NCBI GenBank assembly: GCA_963773065.1
Contig: CAVYZN010000027.1
Span: 1 to 64,000, forward strand
DNA: 64,000 nucleotides
Direction of reading: 5' to 3'
From: an uncultured Gammaproteobacteria bacterium
GTDB taxonomy: Bacteria; Pseudomonadota; Gammaproteobacteria; UBA9214
The notes beneath the pieces were generated by a model. That model did no database searches. It was not told the origin of the DNA and worked only from the letters and a program-made list of their open reading frames with translations. The stretch's first letter is position 1. The number at the start of each line of letters is the position of its first letter. Made by a program: the position numbers and the translations under genes. Of the stretch, positions 51,057 to 64,000 are shown in pieces.

Positions 51057-51750
51057 TCACCTGTTATCTGATATCAGGCGGTTCGGTTTGCGACTGACGA
51101 CGTCGTTCTCGAAAGCAACAATCGAATCATGCAGGTTGTTTTCCTCGATGATCAGATTGGTTTTAGCCTGGGCGCGCCTTCCCAGGCTCTGCTCAACGTC
51201 GGATTTGCGTCCAACGCCGCTTTCGCTGAGTTTCATTATCTTGTTGTATGTATCTTCATGAGTACGCAGGTTAACCCTAGCGAGGTTGACAAGTTGCTTT
51301 TCCATCAGGACATCAAGATAAGCCTGAATTGCTCGCAGCGCAGTGATCTCTGAGGTACCAAACGTGGAATAGGCGCTTGCAGTGACTCTGGCTTTTTGTT
51401 AGTCGAATTCATTTTCAGTGAGGAATCCATAGAAAAGCAATTGCCTTACTAGAATACCGGACTTCCTGCGGTGGAGTGTATCGCGTCCGCGGCTTGTGGT
51501 GCGTCTGGTAGGGTTATCACTGGATTCCAAGCCACCGCCGGCTGTTATTTCGGCTGATGGAAAAAACCCAGCGCGCGTTTGTTCCATTATTAAATTTTAT
51601 CGCATTTCGCATATCTTTGGCGATATGTATATCTGGATTGGTGGATATTGTTTCCCTGACAATATCCACCAGGGTATCCGCGAATAAACCGGTGGAGTTG
51701 GTAATTCCAAGGCAATTGGTCAGGCAAAAAGTCATTAATTTTTTGTACAT
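51057..51750 (-). pseudogene. Truncated, fragmented TolC-family outer membrane protein (LapE/AggA-like)
   Basis: Fragments TLVDIVRETISTNPDI, RAGFFPS, RQLLFYGF, SGVGRKSDVEQ; internal stop; only the N-terminal half present. Confidence 0.8.
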
Positions 51751-51831
51751 CACAGTTACTCCGTGTATTCCCTGGTTCCTGACTGTGTTGTTGGTGGGAT
51801 TGCACTGGATTGCGGATTGGCTGGTATATTA

Positions 51832-52503
51832 TCAAACAACATCATGAAAGAAGATGGCCAGGTGCAGTCGATTCTCGATATTCAGTTTCCTGAAAATGGC
51901 GCTCAGGTGTGCCTTGACGGTCCGTTCGGATATATCAAGTGTTTTCGCAATGGTCTTGTTGTTGCCGCCCTTGTGCACCATTCTCGCAACCTCGAGTTCC
52001 CGCGGCGTAAGGCATTCTATCGCACTGCTTCCTGGGGATGTATCGCTATTTCTCGCGGATGATCCGCTGTGCGTCAGCTCATCGATTATCCTGGTGATCA
52101 GGTTCCGCTGCATCCAGAGCTCGCCATTCACCACAGCAGCAACCGCCTTACCAAGCAGTTGTGATGAAATAGTGCGCTGACAAAAGCCGTGTACCCCGAG
52201 CTTGAATAGAGCAACCTGCTCAATCTCCGGGACTGGCGGTGTGTCGACAACAATGATATGCATGTCAATAGAAGTAGCAGTAAGTTCTGCGACAGCCTCA
52301 ACCACACTATGCCGGGCAAGCACCGGGTCCAGTATCATTACTTGGTGTGCAGTGGAGGTGATGGATTGAATGACATCTGACCATGTGCTGGCGCAAGTCA
52401 CGGTATTAGACTGGCCCAGTATTTTTGTGAACCGCAGGATAAGTTCACTATCGTTACTGGCAATCAGTACCTTGGCAATACTATATGTCATACGGGGATG
52501 CAT
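51832..52503 (-). CDS. LuxR-family response regulator with atypical receiver
   Basis: GELWMQR, LTPRELEVA..NKTIA..ISERTVKAHLSAIFRKL. Confidence 0.88.
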   Translation of the reverse strand: MHPRMTYSIAKVLIASNDSELILRFTKILGQSNTVTCASTWSDVIQSITSTAHQVMILDPVLARHSVVEAVAELTATSIDMHIIVVDTPPVPEIEQVALFKLGVHGFCQRTISSQLLGKAVAAVVNGELWMQRNLITRIIDELTHSGSSARNSDTSPGSSAIECLTPRELEVARMVHKGGNNKTIAKTLDISERTVKAHLSAIFRKLNIENRLHLAIFFHDVV

Positions 52504-52530
52504 GTTGACTTCGCATAAAGTCTGTACAGA

Positions 52531-54630
<2,100 letters not shown>

Positions 54631-54673
54631 GTGGATGCGGACGATATTCTGTGATGTTCCCCGGCGTATTGCG

Positions 54674-56631
54674 TTAAAGGGATTCCGGCTTGCCGACAAG
54701 GTATCCCTGTATACCATCGACTTTTAATGAGCGAACTGCATCGCTTTCTTCTCTGGTTTCAACCGCCGCTGCGAAAACACTGATATCGATGCTGTGTGCC
54801 GTATCTGCCAGTGCCCGGATAAAGAACTGGTTATCAGCATCACGATTGATGTCGCGGGTGTAACCGGCATCAATCTTCAGGTATTGCACCTTGATACTGC
54901 TTAGATATCCAAATGAATTGAATCCACGTCCGAAATGATCGATTCCGCAACCACACCCAAGCGCCGACAATCTGTCAACAAAGGTGCGCGTGTTCTCGAT
55001 ATTTCTTAGCACGCCAAACTCGGGAAGTTCAAAAACAATCCGTCGGCCAGTGTCGGGTGCTGCCTGGATCTGGTTGCAGAGCCATTCCACAAACATCGGG
55101 TCATGCAGCGATGTCGATGTCAGGTTAAGTGCATATAGATAATGTTCCTCGGGGTTTGCAGAGAGATAATCCAGTAATTTGCTAATGGTGAGTTTATCCA
55201 GCGCGGTGGCAAGTCCCATCCGCTCAGCCATGGGCATGAATACCCCTGCCATAATCAATTCGCCATCTTCGTCCGGTAATCGCAGGAAAATTTCCTTGTG
55301 TACCACTTCAAGTCCCCGTGCTGGTGAATTTCAGAACAGGTTGAGCAAAGAGCGCAGCGCTTGTTGACCCGATGACCTGTTTGAGGAAAGCATTCCATTG
55401 TGCTGCGCCCCGTATTGTTGGTTTTCCGGTAGCGGGCGACTCGTAACGGTACCAGGCATTTCCGCCGATGGTCTGGGCAGAGCGCAGTGCGATATCGGCT
55501 TGGCAAGCACGTCGGATAAATGGATCACCGGATTTCCACATGGTTACACCGATATTGGCAATATCTTGTATTCGACAAGCTTCTCGGAATGTAGCTGCAG
55601 GAGATCGTTGCTGAGTGAATTAGCCAGTGCGTCGGCTTCACTATTGTTGAAGTCGTTGCCACAATGGCGAATCCTGCGCCGGAGATTCGTCGAGGAGAAA
55701 CAATTTCCTGAAATCAGCAAGACGGGTTTGTATCAGTTCCGCGGCTCTGTGCAGCACACGATCGCCGAACTTGGTATCCTGAAGCCGTATTGATTTGTTC
55801 GAGGTGATAGAGTTCAACCAAGATAACGGCGCCCCCTGCGGATTCCTCACGTGATTCGAAGAGTGTTTGCAACTGGCGGTCGAAGTAACGACGATTGCCC
55901 AGGCCGTAACCGGGTCCTTGTAGGCCTGCTCGCGAAGCCGTTCCGTTAATGTGGTTTGTTCCGTGAAATATTTCATTGACCTTCCTCGTCAGGCGATTCA
56001 TAGCTTTAACGACACGACGCAGTTCCCGGGTGCGCGGGAGCTTTTCCTGGATCACATAGGTCGTTCACATATTGCCTCGGCTTGTTCCTCGACCCTCTGT
56101 AACGGTTTTAACAGCAGGCGTATCGCCAGGATACCCAGGAGGAGTGCAGTAATTGTTGTCAGGGAGAACAACCAGAACGTGTCCACTGTATTTTTCCATA
56201 ATTCCCGATAGGCATATCCAGGGTGGCTGACAACTACGACTGTTGCCGCCTGTTTCCAGCCGGACATGACCATGGCCTCGGCCGTGGGTAACCGCAGGTC
56301 GACGTTGTTAATAAACCATGACGGAACATCCTTGCTTGTCACCGGATTGTTGCGCTCGATTAATGTATCTCCATCAACCGTGATGACGCTGATTGTTTTG
56401 TAATAACCACGGTCAAAGATTGCATCAACCATGGAATTCATGACCGGAGGTCATTGCGCTGCATTGGCGGGAAAGTGAGAGGCCCAGCGAGGTCGCCGTA
56501 TCCTGGGCATGTGATGCGAGTTGTTCGCCAAGAAAGTTGCGCAGATTGCTTATGCTGATGGTCACTGAAGCCAGGAAACATGCAGCGAACAACACGATGA
56601 TGATCAGGATGAGTTGTCGGTATAGAGTCAT
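54674..56631 (-). CDS. lapD: LapD-like c-di-GMP receptor (periplasmic, HAMP, degenerate GGDEF, EAL) with several frameshifts
   Basis: MTLYRQL..SHAQDTATSLGLSL, MVDAIFDRGYY, MSGWKQ, LPRTREL, IDHFG, YLKID. Confidence 0.85.
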
Positions 56632-56704
56632 CGGGTTATTACATCCCTTGCAGTTTGCGCAGTATAGGTATCTAACAGTATTTGATGCATATTTCTGCAT
56701 ATGT

Positions 56705-57364
56705 CTATGGTGCAAGTTCATCATTGATCCGTGCAATTACATCACGCCACGGGGCAAGGCGATCCGCCCGCCCGACTTGCGTGCTGTCAGCCAGTCGTGT
56801 TTTTGCCAACCACAGGCCGTTACCGTTAAAACTGTAGACAGGTAGCAGGTCAGCACGCATTGCTGCGGGCCTGATCTCCTTTTCCAGATTGTCCAGCACT
56901 AGCGGGTCGTCATCCGGAGAGGCGAAATAGGTCAGGACCATGTGTGCCTGATTCAGACGCAGTGCCTTAACGTAGGTAAGTCTCATCCGCTCTTCAGGAA
57001 TACCCATCTCCAGAAGCGTAAAATACTTCGCAATGGAGAAATCTTCACAATCCCCGCCATTTGAAACCAGGGTTTCCAGTGGTGTGGCCCAGTAGTCTTT
57101 CTTTCCCCAGTGGTCAATGTCGTTGACAAACTCAAGCTCATTGAAAAAATCATTGACCCTGCGCAATTTCTCCATGTCGGAAAGATCCCCACTCGAACTG
57201 ATAATCGCCTGCCAGTGCACAACACGCCGGCGGGTAGATTCGCCGTGCTCCTGTTTGATCTTGGCGATGGCTTGTCTCGTCAAGGTGAATTCACCTGCCA
57301 TGGATACAGCGCTAGTTACAATGCAGATGAAGATTGCAGTAACGACAAACCACCGTCCTGGCAT
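56705..57364 (-). CDS. lapG: LapG transglutaminase-like cysteine protease
   Basis: DYWATPLE, GDCEDFSIAKYFTL, QAHMVL, VLDNL, PVYSFNG..LW; adjacent to lapD. Confidence 0.92.
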   Translation of the reverse strand: MPGRWFVVTAIFICIVTSAVSMAGEFTLTRQAIAKIKQEHGESTRRRVVHWQAIISSSGDLSDMEKLRRVNDFFNELEFVNDIDHWGKKDYWATPLETLVSNGGDCEDFSIAKYFTLLEMGIPEERMRLTYVKALRLNQAHMVLTYFASPDDDPLVLDNLEKEIRPAAMRADLLPVYSFNGNGLWLAKTRLADSTQVGRADRLAPWRDVIARINDELAP

Positions 57365-57709
57365 CACGGCAGTATCCGGATCGGGTGAAGGTAACAGGCA
57401 AAACTGTGGGCCAGGACGGGTTAGCACCTGTCTGAGTGACAGCCTCGCTGGGGACCGACGAATTGTGGTTGTCGGCCGTGCTGTCACAGGGCAATACTCA
57501 ATACGGTTGATATTCTTCAGCTAATTCCATGGTGTATCGGCATTGAAGCTCAGGTGCTTTGAGAATTTGTTAGTCTGTTTCTCCAACGGTTGGAGTAACG
57601 GTATGGTTGCTGAAAAATGCGTCGGCTGGACATCCGCTGGTACCTAAGTCCAATTGTATCGCAGTGAGGCATCTGCATAGACTTTATATGGTCAGAGGAA
57701 ACAATCACT

Positions 57710-58124
57710 TATGAAAACAATAAAAGTGACTTTTCTATCATCCCGTGACACCGTCCAGATGGAATGTGCTCAATTGATGGAACAGAACCCGGATATAGAA
57801 CTGGTGTCGATACCTCCAGTTCTGACCCAACTGGGATACTTGGATGGCTCTTTCCCGATCGGATATCGCGGTAATAGATGACGACATCATGCGGCGCGAG
57901 GGGGTAGAAACCTGTCCATGCTTCTCGCATGCCACCCGGCGCTGAAATTCCTGGTAATTATGGAAAACTACAATGAAGGCAGGATGCTATGGGCTATCAT
58001 GCAGGGTGTGCGCGGGGTGATGCTCCAGCGCGAGGTGTTACAACTGCTCGGGAAAGCCATCAGGCAAATTAATGAAGGGGAGGTCTGGATGCCGCGTAGT
58101 CTACTGAAATTCGTTCAAGAATGA
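57710..58124 (+). pseudogene. Fragmented NarL-type receiver domain gene
   Basis: MKTIKV..NPDIELV then AIMQGVRGVM..KAIRQINEGEVWMPR in another frame; no HTH. Confidence 0.55.
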
Positions 58125-58219
58125 ACTGGTAAGCCGGCGGAAGGGGTGTCATCCAAGCATGGATCCCGCCACTAGTAGCAACTGGCGGATGAGATTGCAT
58201 TAAATGAATACAATGACCA

Positions 58220-58772
58220 CATGGTGGTGGGGTTCAAGCCGGGGGCGGGCGGGAGTGAGGTGACGGTGACGGAGGGCGACCCGGGGGGCCGGATGCGACG
58301 ATTGCGTTCACGCTGCAGTTAACCAATCCGTCGACGAGCGCGGTGAGTGTGGACTACACGATGGTGCCGGGCAATGACTGGCGCCTGGGTCGATTTCTTA
58401 CAACGGATCGCTGATGGACTGGCCGGGACGGTGGAGGCGTTCACGGTGGTGTTGTCCAACCCGAGCGGTGCGGCGCTCGATGCGGGCATGCGAGTGCGAC
58501 CGGGACGATTTTGGACAATGACCATGCGGCAGTATTCGATGCCGAGAGTTATGTCTGGTTACCTGTCGACGTGGCCGAGATGCCACCGGAATATCGAGTG
58601 CGGTTATCCCATCGGACTGAATGTCACGGATGTTGACAGTATACTAACGGTGGAAATCACAGGGGTTCCGGATCAGGGCCAGACCGGTTATCACAATGGC
58701 GCGACATTTATAGAACTTACGGAGGCAATGTCGATGATGCGATATTTGGCCGGGAAAATGATGACAGCCTGA
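58220..58772 (+). pseudogene. Degraded adhesin fragment (Calx-beta-like), possible lapA remnant
   Basis: Across frames: VTVTEGD, FTLQLTNPSTSAVSVDYT, EAFTVVLSNPSGA, ATGTILDND, VTDVDS. Confidence 0.6.
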
Positions 58773-58873
58773 ATGGCTGAGTGGTAAGGACATCCTGGTC
58801 GGTCATGCCGCCCTCAAATTATTTTTCACGTGCCGGCGTATTTCACATGGAGTTGTGATTTAATCCCCCCACT

Positions 58874-60121
58874 ATGTTTCGACCCCTTGAACTGTTATTG
58901 GCATGCGCTACACGCATGCCAAAAGGCGCACACACTTCATCTCGTTCATCTCGCTGACATCCATGCTGGGTATCGCGCTCGGCGTGACGGCGCTGATTAC
59001 CGTACTGTCTGTGATGAACGGGTTTGAAGGGGAATTGCGTGATCGCATACTTGGCATGGCCTCGCACGCGTCGGTAACCACATTTGATGGCTACCTGGCT
59101 GACTGGCAAGACGTTGAGCAGGCCGTCATGACGCATGGCAACGTCGTCGCCGCTGCGCCTTATGTGAGTGGTGAAACCATGCTGAGTGCCGGTAACCGCG
59201 TCAGCGGAGCGATCATACGCGGCATCCTGCCGGAACAGGAAGGAGCGGTTTCCGATGTGGTGTCGCATATCAAGGCCGGCTCTGTCGGGAGCTTAAAGGA
59301 TGGCGACTACGGCATCATTCTCGGCAGTGAGCTGGCCTATACATTGGGGGTGGGGCTGGGGGATGCCGTTACGGTGGTCTCACCCCAGGTCATGGTGGGT
59401 CCGACCGGGGTCATGCCCACGGTTGCGGCGCTTCACCGTGGTCGGACTGTTTGAAGTGGGTATGTATGAATATGACCGGGGTGTGGCGCTGGTGCACATG
59501 AAGGACGCCGCGCGGCTGTTCCGTCTCGGTGACAATGTTACCGGAGTCCGCCTGAAGCTCGATGACCTGTTCGCGGCGCCACGCGTTGCCGACGAACTCG
59601 GCATGCAACTGGGGGCGAATTACCGTGTGGAAGACTGGACCCGGCAGCACGCCAATTTTTTCCGCGCCGTAAAGACCGAAAAACGCGTCATGTTCATCAT
59701 CCTGACGCTTATCGTCGCCGTCGCGGCATTCAATATCGTTTCGACGCTGATCATGGTCGTGACGGACAAACGCGCCGACATCGCCATCCTGCGCACGCTG
59801 GGCGCATCCCCGCGCAGCATCATGGCGATCTTCGTGATCCAGGGCGCCGTCATCGGTTTGTTCGGGACCTTGCTGGGCGTGCTCGGTGGCGTCTCGCTGG
59901 CTCTGAATATAGAGACCATCGTGCCGGCGATTGAATCGTTCTTCAATGTGCGGTTTCTCGCCGCGGACGTCTATTACATCAGCGAGGTTCCCTCCGATCT
60001 GCACTGGCATGATGTGCTCATCATGACGTCAGTCGCGCTGGTACTCAGCCTGCTGGCGACACTCTATCCCGCCTGGCGAGCCGCACGGACTCATCCAGCC
60101 GAGGCCTTGCGCTATGAGTGA
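58874..60121 (+). CDS. Lipoprotein-releasing ABC permease LolC/E (two apparent frameshifts)
   Basis: [59 protein letters not shown]. Confidence 0.93.
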
Positions 60122-60800
60122 GGTGCTGAACTGCTCCCATCTGGCGAAAAGCTATTCCGATGCCAACTCGACATTGCATGTGTTGCGGCAAATCGACTTG
60201 ACGGTCGGACAGGGAGAACAAATCGCCATCATGGGGGCCTCCGGCAGTGGTAAAAGCACCTTGTTGCACCTGCTCGGAGGGTTGGATACGCCGACCGCCG
60301 GTCAGATCCGCATCGACGGTACGCCGATCGAGCGTCTCAACGCCGTGCAACTGGGAAGGCTGCGTAATCGGGCGCTGGGTTTCATCTACCAGTTCCACCA
60401 TCTGCTGCCGGAATTCACCGCCCTGGAGAATGTGGCCATGCCCCTGCTGGTGCGTGGTGTATCCCCCGCGAAAGCCGCCGGCGAAGCGAGCCGCATGCTG
60501 GACCGCGTGGGCCTGTCCGGTCGGTCGACGCACAAGCCGGGCGAGCTGTCCGGCGGGGAGCGACAACGCGCGGCCGTTGCCCGTGCGCTGGTCACGCGTC
60601 CCGTCTGTGTTCTGGCGGATGAGCCGACCGGCAATCTGGATCGAAAAAATGCCGATCAGGTTTATGACCTGATGCTGGAGCTTAACAGGGAATTCTCAAT
60701 CAGCTATCTTGTGGCCACGCACGATCCGCAGATTGCGGCACGCATGGACCGCATATTGATACTCAATGACGGCTATATCGAGCAACAGTCAACCGGCTGA
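60114..60800 (+). CDS. lolD: Lipoprotein-releasing ABC ATPase
   Basis: [36 protein letters not shown]. Confidence 0.96.
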   Translation: MSEVLNCSHLAKSYSDANSTLHVLRQIDLTVGQGEQIAIMGASGSGKSTLLHLLGGLDTPTAGQIRIDGTPIERLNAVQLGRLRNRALGFIYQFHHLLPEFTALENVAMPLLVRGVSPAKAAGEASRMLDRVGLSGRSTHKPGELSGGERQRAAVARALVTRPVCVLADEPTGNLDRKNADQVYDLMLELNREFSISYLVATHDPQIAARMDRILILNDGYIEQQSTG

Positions 60801-60876
60801 TAAGCGAGGAACACACTCACGGCGGTCCGTAACCCGATAGCGTTATTCAGGAGACTCACAATGTTCAGGGACGAAC

Positions 60877-63207
60877 ATGATCATCAGAACCTGCGTATTT
60901 CTCGCGGGTGTTCTTGCACTTCAATATCTGGCTGAACTCCCTCCCTGGTATTGTTATACCGGTGTATTCACCGTGCTTCTTGCGCTGCGCTGGCGCGTTG
61001 CACGGCTGCCCGCCATTTTTTTATTGGGTTTTTTCTGGGCGGCATATCATGCCCAGATAATGCTCGATTGCGTCCTGGACGGTCGCCTCGAAGGCCGGAC
61101 GGTCCTGATTCAGGGGATCGTTGCGGATCTCCCCAGCAGTCTGTCACACCAGAGTGTCCGCTTCCTGTTGCACGCAGACCGGCTCGATGAAGGGGATGGC
61201 TGGAGTGATTTCGACAGGAAGATCCAGCTCAGCTGGTACCAGACTCAACAACTGCCGATGCTGGGTGAACGCTGGCAACTGGCGGTTCGGCTGAAACGGC
61301 CGCATGGCTATGCCAACCCGGGTAGTTACGATTATGAACGCTGGCTGTTCCAGCAAGGGATTTCCGCGACCGGCTATGTAAAGACCGATAAGCGCAACCA
61401 CCCGCTCGAAAGCCAGTCCTGGTCATTCATCGACGGGATGCGAAAATCCATTGCGGCCTACTTCAATTCCAGGGAGCACCCGCCGCCGGGGCTGGCCCTG
61501 ATACGCGCGCTGACCATTGGTGATGATGGCGCTATCGACCCCGTGCAGTGGGATGTCCTGCGAGCGACGGGCACCACCCATTTGATGGTAATTTCGGGGT
61601 CGCATATCAGTCTTGTGGCCGGATTGGTTTTCTGGTTGACGAGATTCGTCTGGTCGCGGCTTGGCACCTGGCCGGAAACCGTCCCGGCCACTCGGGCCGC
61701 GGTGGTAATAGCCCTGTTGTCGGCGACGTTTTACGCCTTTCTCGCCGGTCTGGGTATTCCGACCAGCCGGGCGCTGATCATGCTGGCCGTGGCCATGACG
61801 GCGGTGTTGGCGGATCGGCAATCACGTCCCGGCCATGTGCTCTGCCTGGCGGTGATCGCCACCCTGGCGATCGATCCGCTGGCGGTGCTATCCGCCAGTT
61901 GGTGGCTGTCGTTCTGGGCGGTGACCATGATTCTTTACACCACATCCAGCCGCCATGGAAGCGAAGGCGTTTGGCATAAGATCGCCAGTATCCATATCGT
62001 CCTTGCCGTGGGCATGCTGCCCGTACTGCTGGTCTTTTTTCAGCAAGCATCCCTGGTTTCTCCGCTGGCAAACATCGTTGCCGTACCCTGGGTGAACCTG
62101 CTGGTGGTGCCTATGGCCCTTATCGGAACGTTGCTGCTGTTCATCAATGCGACGGCGGGCGGGCTGCTGCTGAATCTGGCGACTTGGTTCATGGATACCT
62201 TGTGGCCCTTCCTGGCACTGGCTGGGGAAGCTGGATTTTACCCTCCTGCAGCAGCATCAGCCGTTGCCATGGACACTGTTGCCGGCAACGGTTGGCATAC
62301 TCCTGCTGTTCGCCCCGCGCGGATTCCCCGGCAGGTGGCTCGGCCTGGTGTTGCTGCTGCCCCTGTTTGCGGCCAGGCCGCCTGCGCCCGCATTCGGTGA
62401 GGTCTGGGTGACCTTGCTTGATGTCGGACAAGGTCTGTCGACGGTGATACGAACCCGGGACCACACCCTGGTCTATGACGCCGGTCCAGCCTATAGCCCG
62501 GGTTTTGATACCGGCAGTGCCGTTGTGGTTCCCTACCTGCGCAGCCAGGGGGTGGGGCGGATTGATAAACTGATTGTCAGTCACGGGGATAACGATCATA
62601 TCGGTGGCGTTCCCTCGGTGTTGAAAGCATTGCCTGTTGCCGAGCTCATGCCGGCATCCCGGAACTCCTGACGATGCGCGAGGCCCGCCAGTGCCGCCGG
62701 GGTGACCGATGGCGGTGGGAGGGGGTCGAATTTTCCGTGCTGCATCCGGATGCGCGCAGTTACCGGCAAGGGAATAATGCCTCCTGTGTCGTTCGGGTCG
62801 AGACAGCGGGAGGCCGGCGTATCCTGTTGACCGGTGACATCGAAGCGGATTCGGAACGGATCCTGCTGCGGGAATTACGCGATCGATTGCCTGCGGATGT
62901 GCTGATCGTGCCGCATCACGGCAGTCTGACCTCATCTTCGCCTGCGTTTGTTGAAGCCGTCAGTCCCGGCTATGCGCTGTTTCCGACGGGATACCGGAAT
63001 CGTTACCGCTTGCCACGCAGCGAGGTGGTCGAGCGCTACCGGCGGGCCGGTTCGGTGCTGCTCGACACCGCCCCGCACGGTGCGATAACCGTGAAGCTGC
63101 GATCGGGTGGCCTGCCACCGGAAGCGGTATCGTTTCGTTGCAGCGTATCCGCGTTACTGGCGCGCCGTTACCTGCGCCACCAAGAACCGGTTTGGCTGCT
63201 GCGATAA
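60877..63207 (+). CDS. comEC: ComEC/Rec2 DNA uptake protein (frameshifts near 62225 and 62650)
   Basis: LKRPHG.ANPG, GTTHLMVISGSHI, LDVGQG, SHGDNDH.GG, NNASCV, LLTGDIE, VPHHGS. Confidence 0.92.
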
Positions 63208-63255
63208 ATAACGTATTATCCGCACTACAGAGCTCACGGTGGATCGGATCGACAT

Positions 63256-64000
63256 ATGAACCGCCTGGAATATTACCTGGTATCGACGCAGTCCGTGGCT
63301 GGTTTTGCTGCTACCGGTAGCAACGGTCTATTGCATGGTCATCCGGCTGCGCCGCGTTCTTTACCGGTCAGGGTGGCTGGCGAGGCACAAGATGCCTGTG
63401 CCGGTTGTGATGGTTGGCAACCTCACCGTTGGCGGCACCGGCAAGACGCCGCTGGTTACGTGGCTGGTCACCTTCTTGAAGGAATCCGGCTACCGGCCGG
63501 GGGTGATTGCGCGCGGCTACAAGGGCAGGGCGAGGCACTGGCCGCAGCAGGTGCGTGCCGACAGCGATCCCTCGGCCGTGGGAGATGAGGCGGTCCTCCT
63601 CGCCGGACGCTGTGGATGCCCGATGGCGGTCGCGCCGGACCGTGTTGCCGCGGCACGGGCATTGCTGGAGCATAGCGATTGCGACCTGATCGTGTGTGAT
63701 GATGGCCTGCAGCATTATGCCCTCAAGCGGGATATCGAGATCGCGGTTATTGATGGCGTCAGGCGTATCGGTAACGGTTTCTGCCTGCCGGCCGGGCCCT
63801 TGCGTGAACCGTCCGGGCGTTTGACGGAAGTCGACCTGGTGGTCGTGAATGGATTGGGCAGGCGTGGCGAGTACCCGATGAAGATGCGCGCGGGCCGGGT
63901 GATCAACCTCGATCAGAAGCTCGAATCCAGAGACCTAAGCAGTTTCGCGCGGCAGTCGGTGCATGCCGTCGCCGGGATCGGCAACCCGGAGCGTTTTTTC
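63256..64000 (+). CDS. lpxK: Tetraacyldisaccharide 4'-kinase (frameshifted, runs off window)
   Basis: PVPVVMVGNLTVGGTGKTP, ARGYKG, VGDE, DDGLQHYALKRD, LPAGPLREP, VAGIGNPERF read across frames. Confidence 0.92.

Overview
Window from a sulfur-oxidising gammaproteobacterium (inferred from gene content). The core is a complete reverse-Dsr operon on the minus strand (dsrABEFHCMKLJOPNR, about 11.5-24.2 kb) that runs straight into a NarX/NarL-like two-component pair and a rhodanese. Divergent from it is an accessory block (24.7-37 kb): TauD-like and two other Fe/2OG dioxygenases, a Cys-less DsrC paralogue, Sfum_1244-like and Alvin_2107-like proteins, Sel1, dsrS, grxC and cysG. The left end has a tyrosine integrase beside tRNA-Val(CAC) with likely island cargo, plus two nucleotide-sugar genes. 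The right half has a nested IS cluster (IS4, IS200, IS1634, group II intron fragment, ISL3, ISNCY), an RpfC-like kinase, gltX-IS630-glnS, tRNA-Ala and tRNA-Glu, a decaying Lap adhesin/T1SS locus with an IS3, and lolC/E-lolD-comEC-lpxK. Many single-base frameshifts, including in essential genes, point to uncorrected long-read errors. The most novel-looking signals are (1) a 1.6-kb insertion between grxC and cysG encoding a Rep_trans-like tyrosine relaxase with a winged helix, bounded by CTAAG repeats and a dso-like hairpin; (2) a family of about 50-bp double-hairpin repeats with GGA loops that nest in each other and insert in-frame into a gene; (3) a candidate dedicated Dsr regulator with NarL-type boxes upstream of dsrA. 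All family calls come from motif recognition by eye, not database searches.
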